A DNA stretch of 63,841 nucleotides, counting the filler, from a bacterium (GTDB lineage: Bacteria > JALSQH01), in NCBI GenBank assembly GCA_026985515.1. It is 10 parts of 10 records of this genome, joined end to end, with 100 filler letters (N's around TTAATTAATTAA, not from the genome) between each part and the next. Parts side by side here need not be neighbours in the genome. Positions count along the whole stretch, not along the records: positions 61,951 to 63,841 come from JALSQH010000201.1; 9 more parts are not named here. One strand, 5' to 3'. Below, piece after piece: positions 63,003 to 63,841 of the stretch; the first letter of the stretch is position 1, and each line of letters opens with the position of its first letter. A program made the position numbers and the translations under genes. The notes beneath the pieces were generated by a model. It was not told where the DNA came from, searched no databases, and worked only from the letters and a program-made list of their open reading frames with translations.

Positions 63003-63839
63003 TCAGGGAAGTTTATTCACTATACCGACAATGAGAGCTTTAATGTTATGGTTTTCTATTCTATCAATAAATTCTCCAACCTTCTCAAAGTAAATATCCA
63101 CCAATTCGTCTGGCATCGTTATCATCTTTTCAAAATAATCTCTAAAAGGCATGTGTAAAAGAGAAACCTGGAAAATACCCCAAGGTTTTGCATCAGTATA
63201 ATACTGCTCCAATATGGAAAAAATTTTTTTAACCTCTGATATATTCTTTAATTCACCCTCACTATTTCCTTGAAGTGCGAAAAATAACCAGGTATCACTG
63301 TGCTCACACTTTTCAAAACTCCTTCCGAGTCTCAAAAACAATTTCCCCTTCCAATCAGGATGTGTTATATTTATACCTTCATCATCCTCTTTTGCCTCAT
63401 ATTTATAATTCTTATCTTTGAATAAATTTTTTAACTTTTTTTGCAAGGGTTCCATTACATTCCTCCTGTGAATCTCCTTGCAAATCTCCTCGAAATTTTC
63501 ACACATCGTAAAGGCCATTATGAGTTTTTCAGACTTATTCAATTTGCTATCATCAAGCAAAAAATTTTTTATTAACTCATATTCAACCCTTCTGTCCATA
63601 CTTCCACCTCCATGATAGAAATGCCATTGTATCCAGTTATAAAAGTCCTGGATATAAAATTTCAATTTTTCAGGTATACCTATACCAAGAATCTGAGAAA
63701 GCCAGGGAAGTATTAAATTGAAATAATCAGTTTCTATAAGCTGGACTCCTATTATTCTGCTTTTAATTTTCTCATCTATAGAGACAGCCTTCCTACTCAG
63801 AAGGTCGAGATATATCAATAAAAAATCCCTGCTATGTCT
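63003..63839 (-). CDS. PD-(D/E)XK nuclease-family protein (PDDEXK_4-like), C-terminal part; 5' end beyond window
   Basis: Frame open to window end; F.LIYL ... Y...ILPWL ... K.YIQDF pattern that follows the nuclease core in this family; catalytic motifs not in window. Confidence 0.5.
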   Translation of the reverse strand, partial: RHSRDFLLIYLDLLSRKAVSIDEKIKSRIIGVQLIETDYFNLILPWLSQILGIGIPEKLKFYIQDFYNWIQWHFYHGGGSMDRRVEYELIKNFLLDDSKLNKSEKLIMAFTMCENFEEICKEIHRRNVMEPLQKKLKNLFKDKNYKYEAKEDDEGINITHPDWKGKLFLRLGRSFEKCEHSDTWLFFALQGNSEGELKNISEVKKIFSILEQYYTDAKPWGIFQVSLLHMPFRDYFEKMITMPDELVDIYFEKVGEFIDRIENHNIKALIVGIVNKLP

Positions 63840-63841
63840 TT

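Overview
The window is not one locus. It is ten draft contigs joined by an artificial 100-nt linker (44 N + TTAATTAATTAA + 44 N): 1-2098, 2199-11147, 11248-13330, 13431-22084, 22185-30792, 30893-39499, 39600-48103, 48204-50152, 50253-61850 and 61951-63841. Gene content (Kdo/LPS genes, T2SS gspK, atpE detached from atpF-C, rplM-rpsI-argC, split transketolase-ftsEX-envC, yggT-divIVA-DUF167) points to a diderm, 'deltaproteobacteria-like' bacterium, possibly thermophilic given the Glu/Lys-rich proteins; this is inference, not a database result. Most genes are housekeeping: chaperones, ribosomal proteins, kdsABCD/pyrG, thiC-family, PBP1A, moaA, queCD/folE2, cysS/gltX/hisS, fadD, cydABDC and three tRNAs (Thr-CGT, Gln-CTG, Glu-CTC). 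No CRISPR array, rRNA, integrase or transposase was seen. The best leads are: (1) a translationally coupled ParB-like protein + spore-photoproduct-lyase-like radical SAM pair behind atpE; (2) an AT-rich contig with a membrane protein bearing a tubulin-like-protein-type tail next to a STAND-like ATPase; (3) a sigma54/IHF-type promoter ahead of an HrgC-like + GYF_2 membrane pair; (4) an ORF reading in frame through tRNA-Thr into an outer-membrane-protein gene; (5) two genes that appear to need CTG starts; (6) a secreted lipase gene broken by one amber codon and one homopolymer frameshift, heading a LolA-like/beta-barrel module; (7) a Ser/Thr kinase coupled to the preQ0 operon; (8) two unannotated small membrane proteins. 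kdsD can be rejoined across contigs 2 and 6 by an 8-nt overlap. All family calls come from motif recognition by eye.
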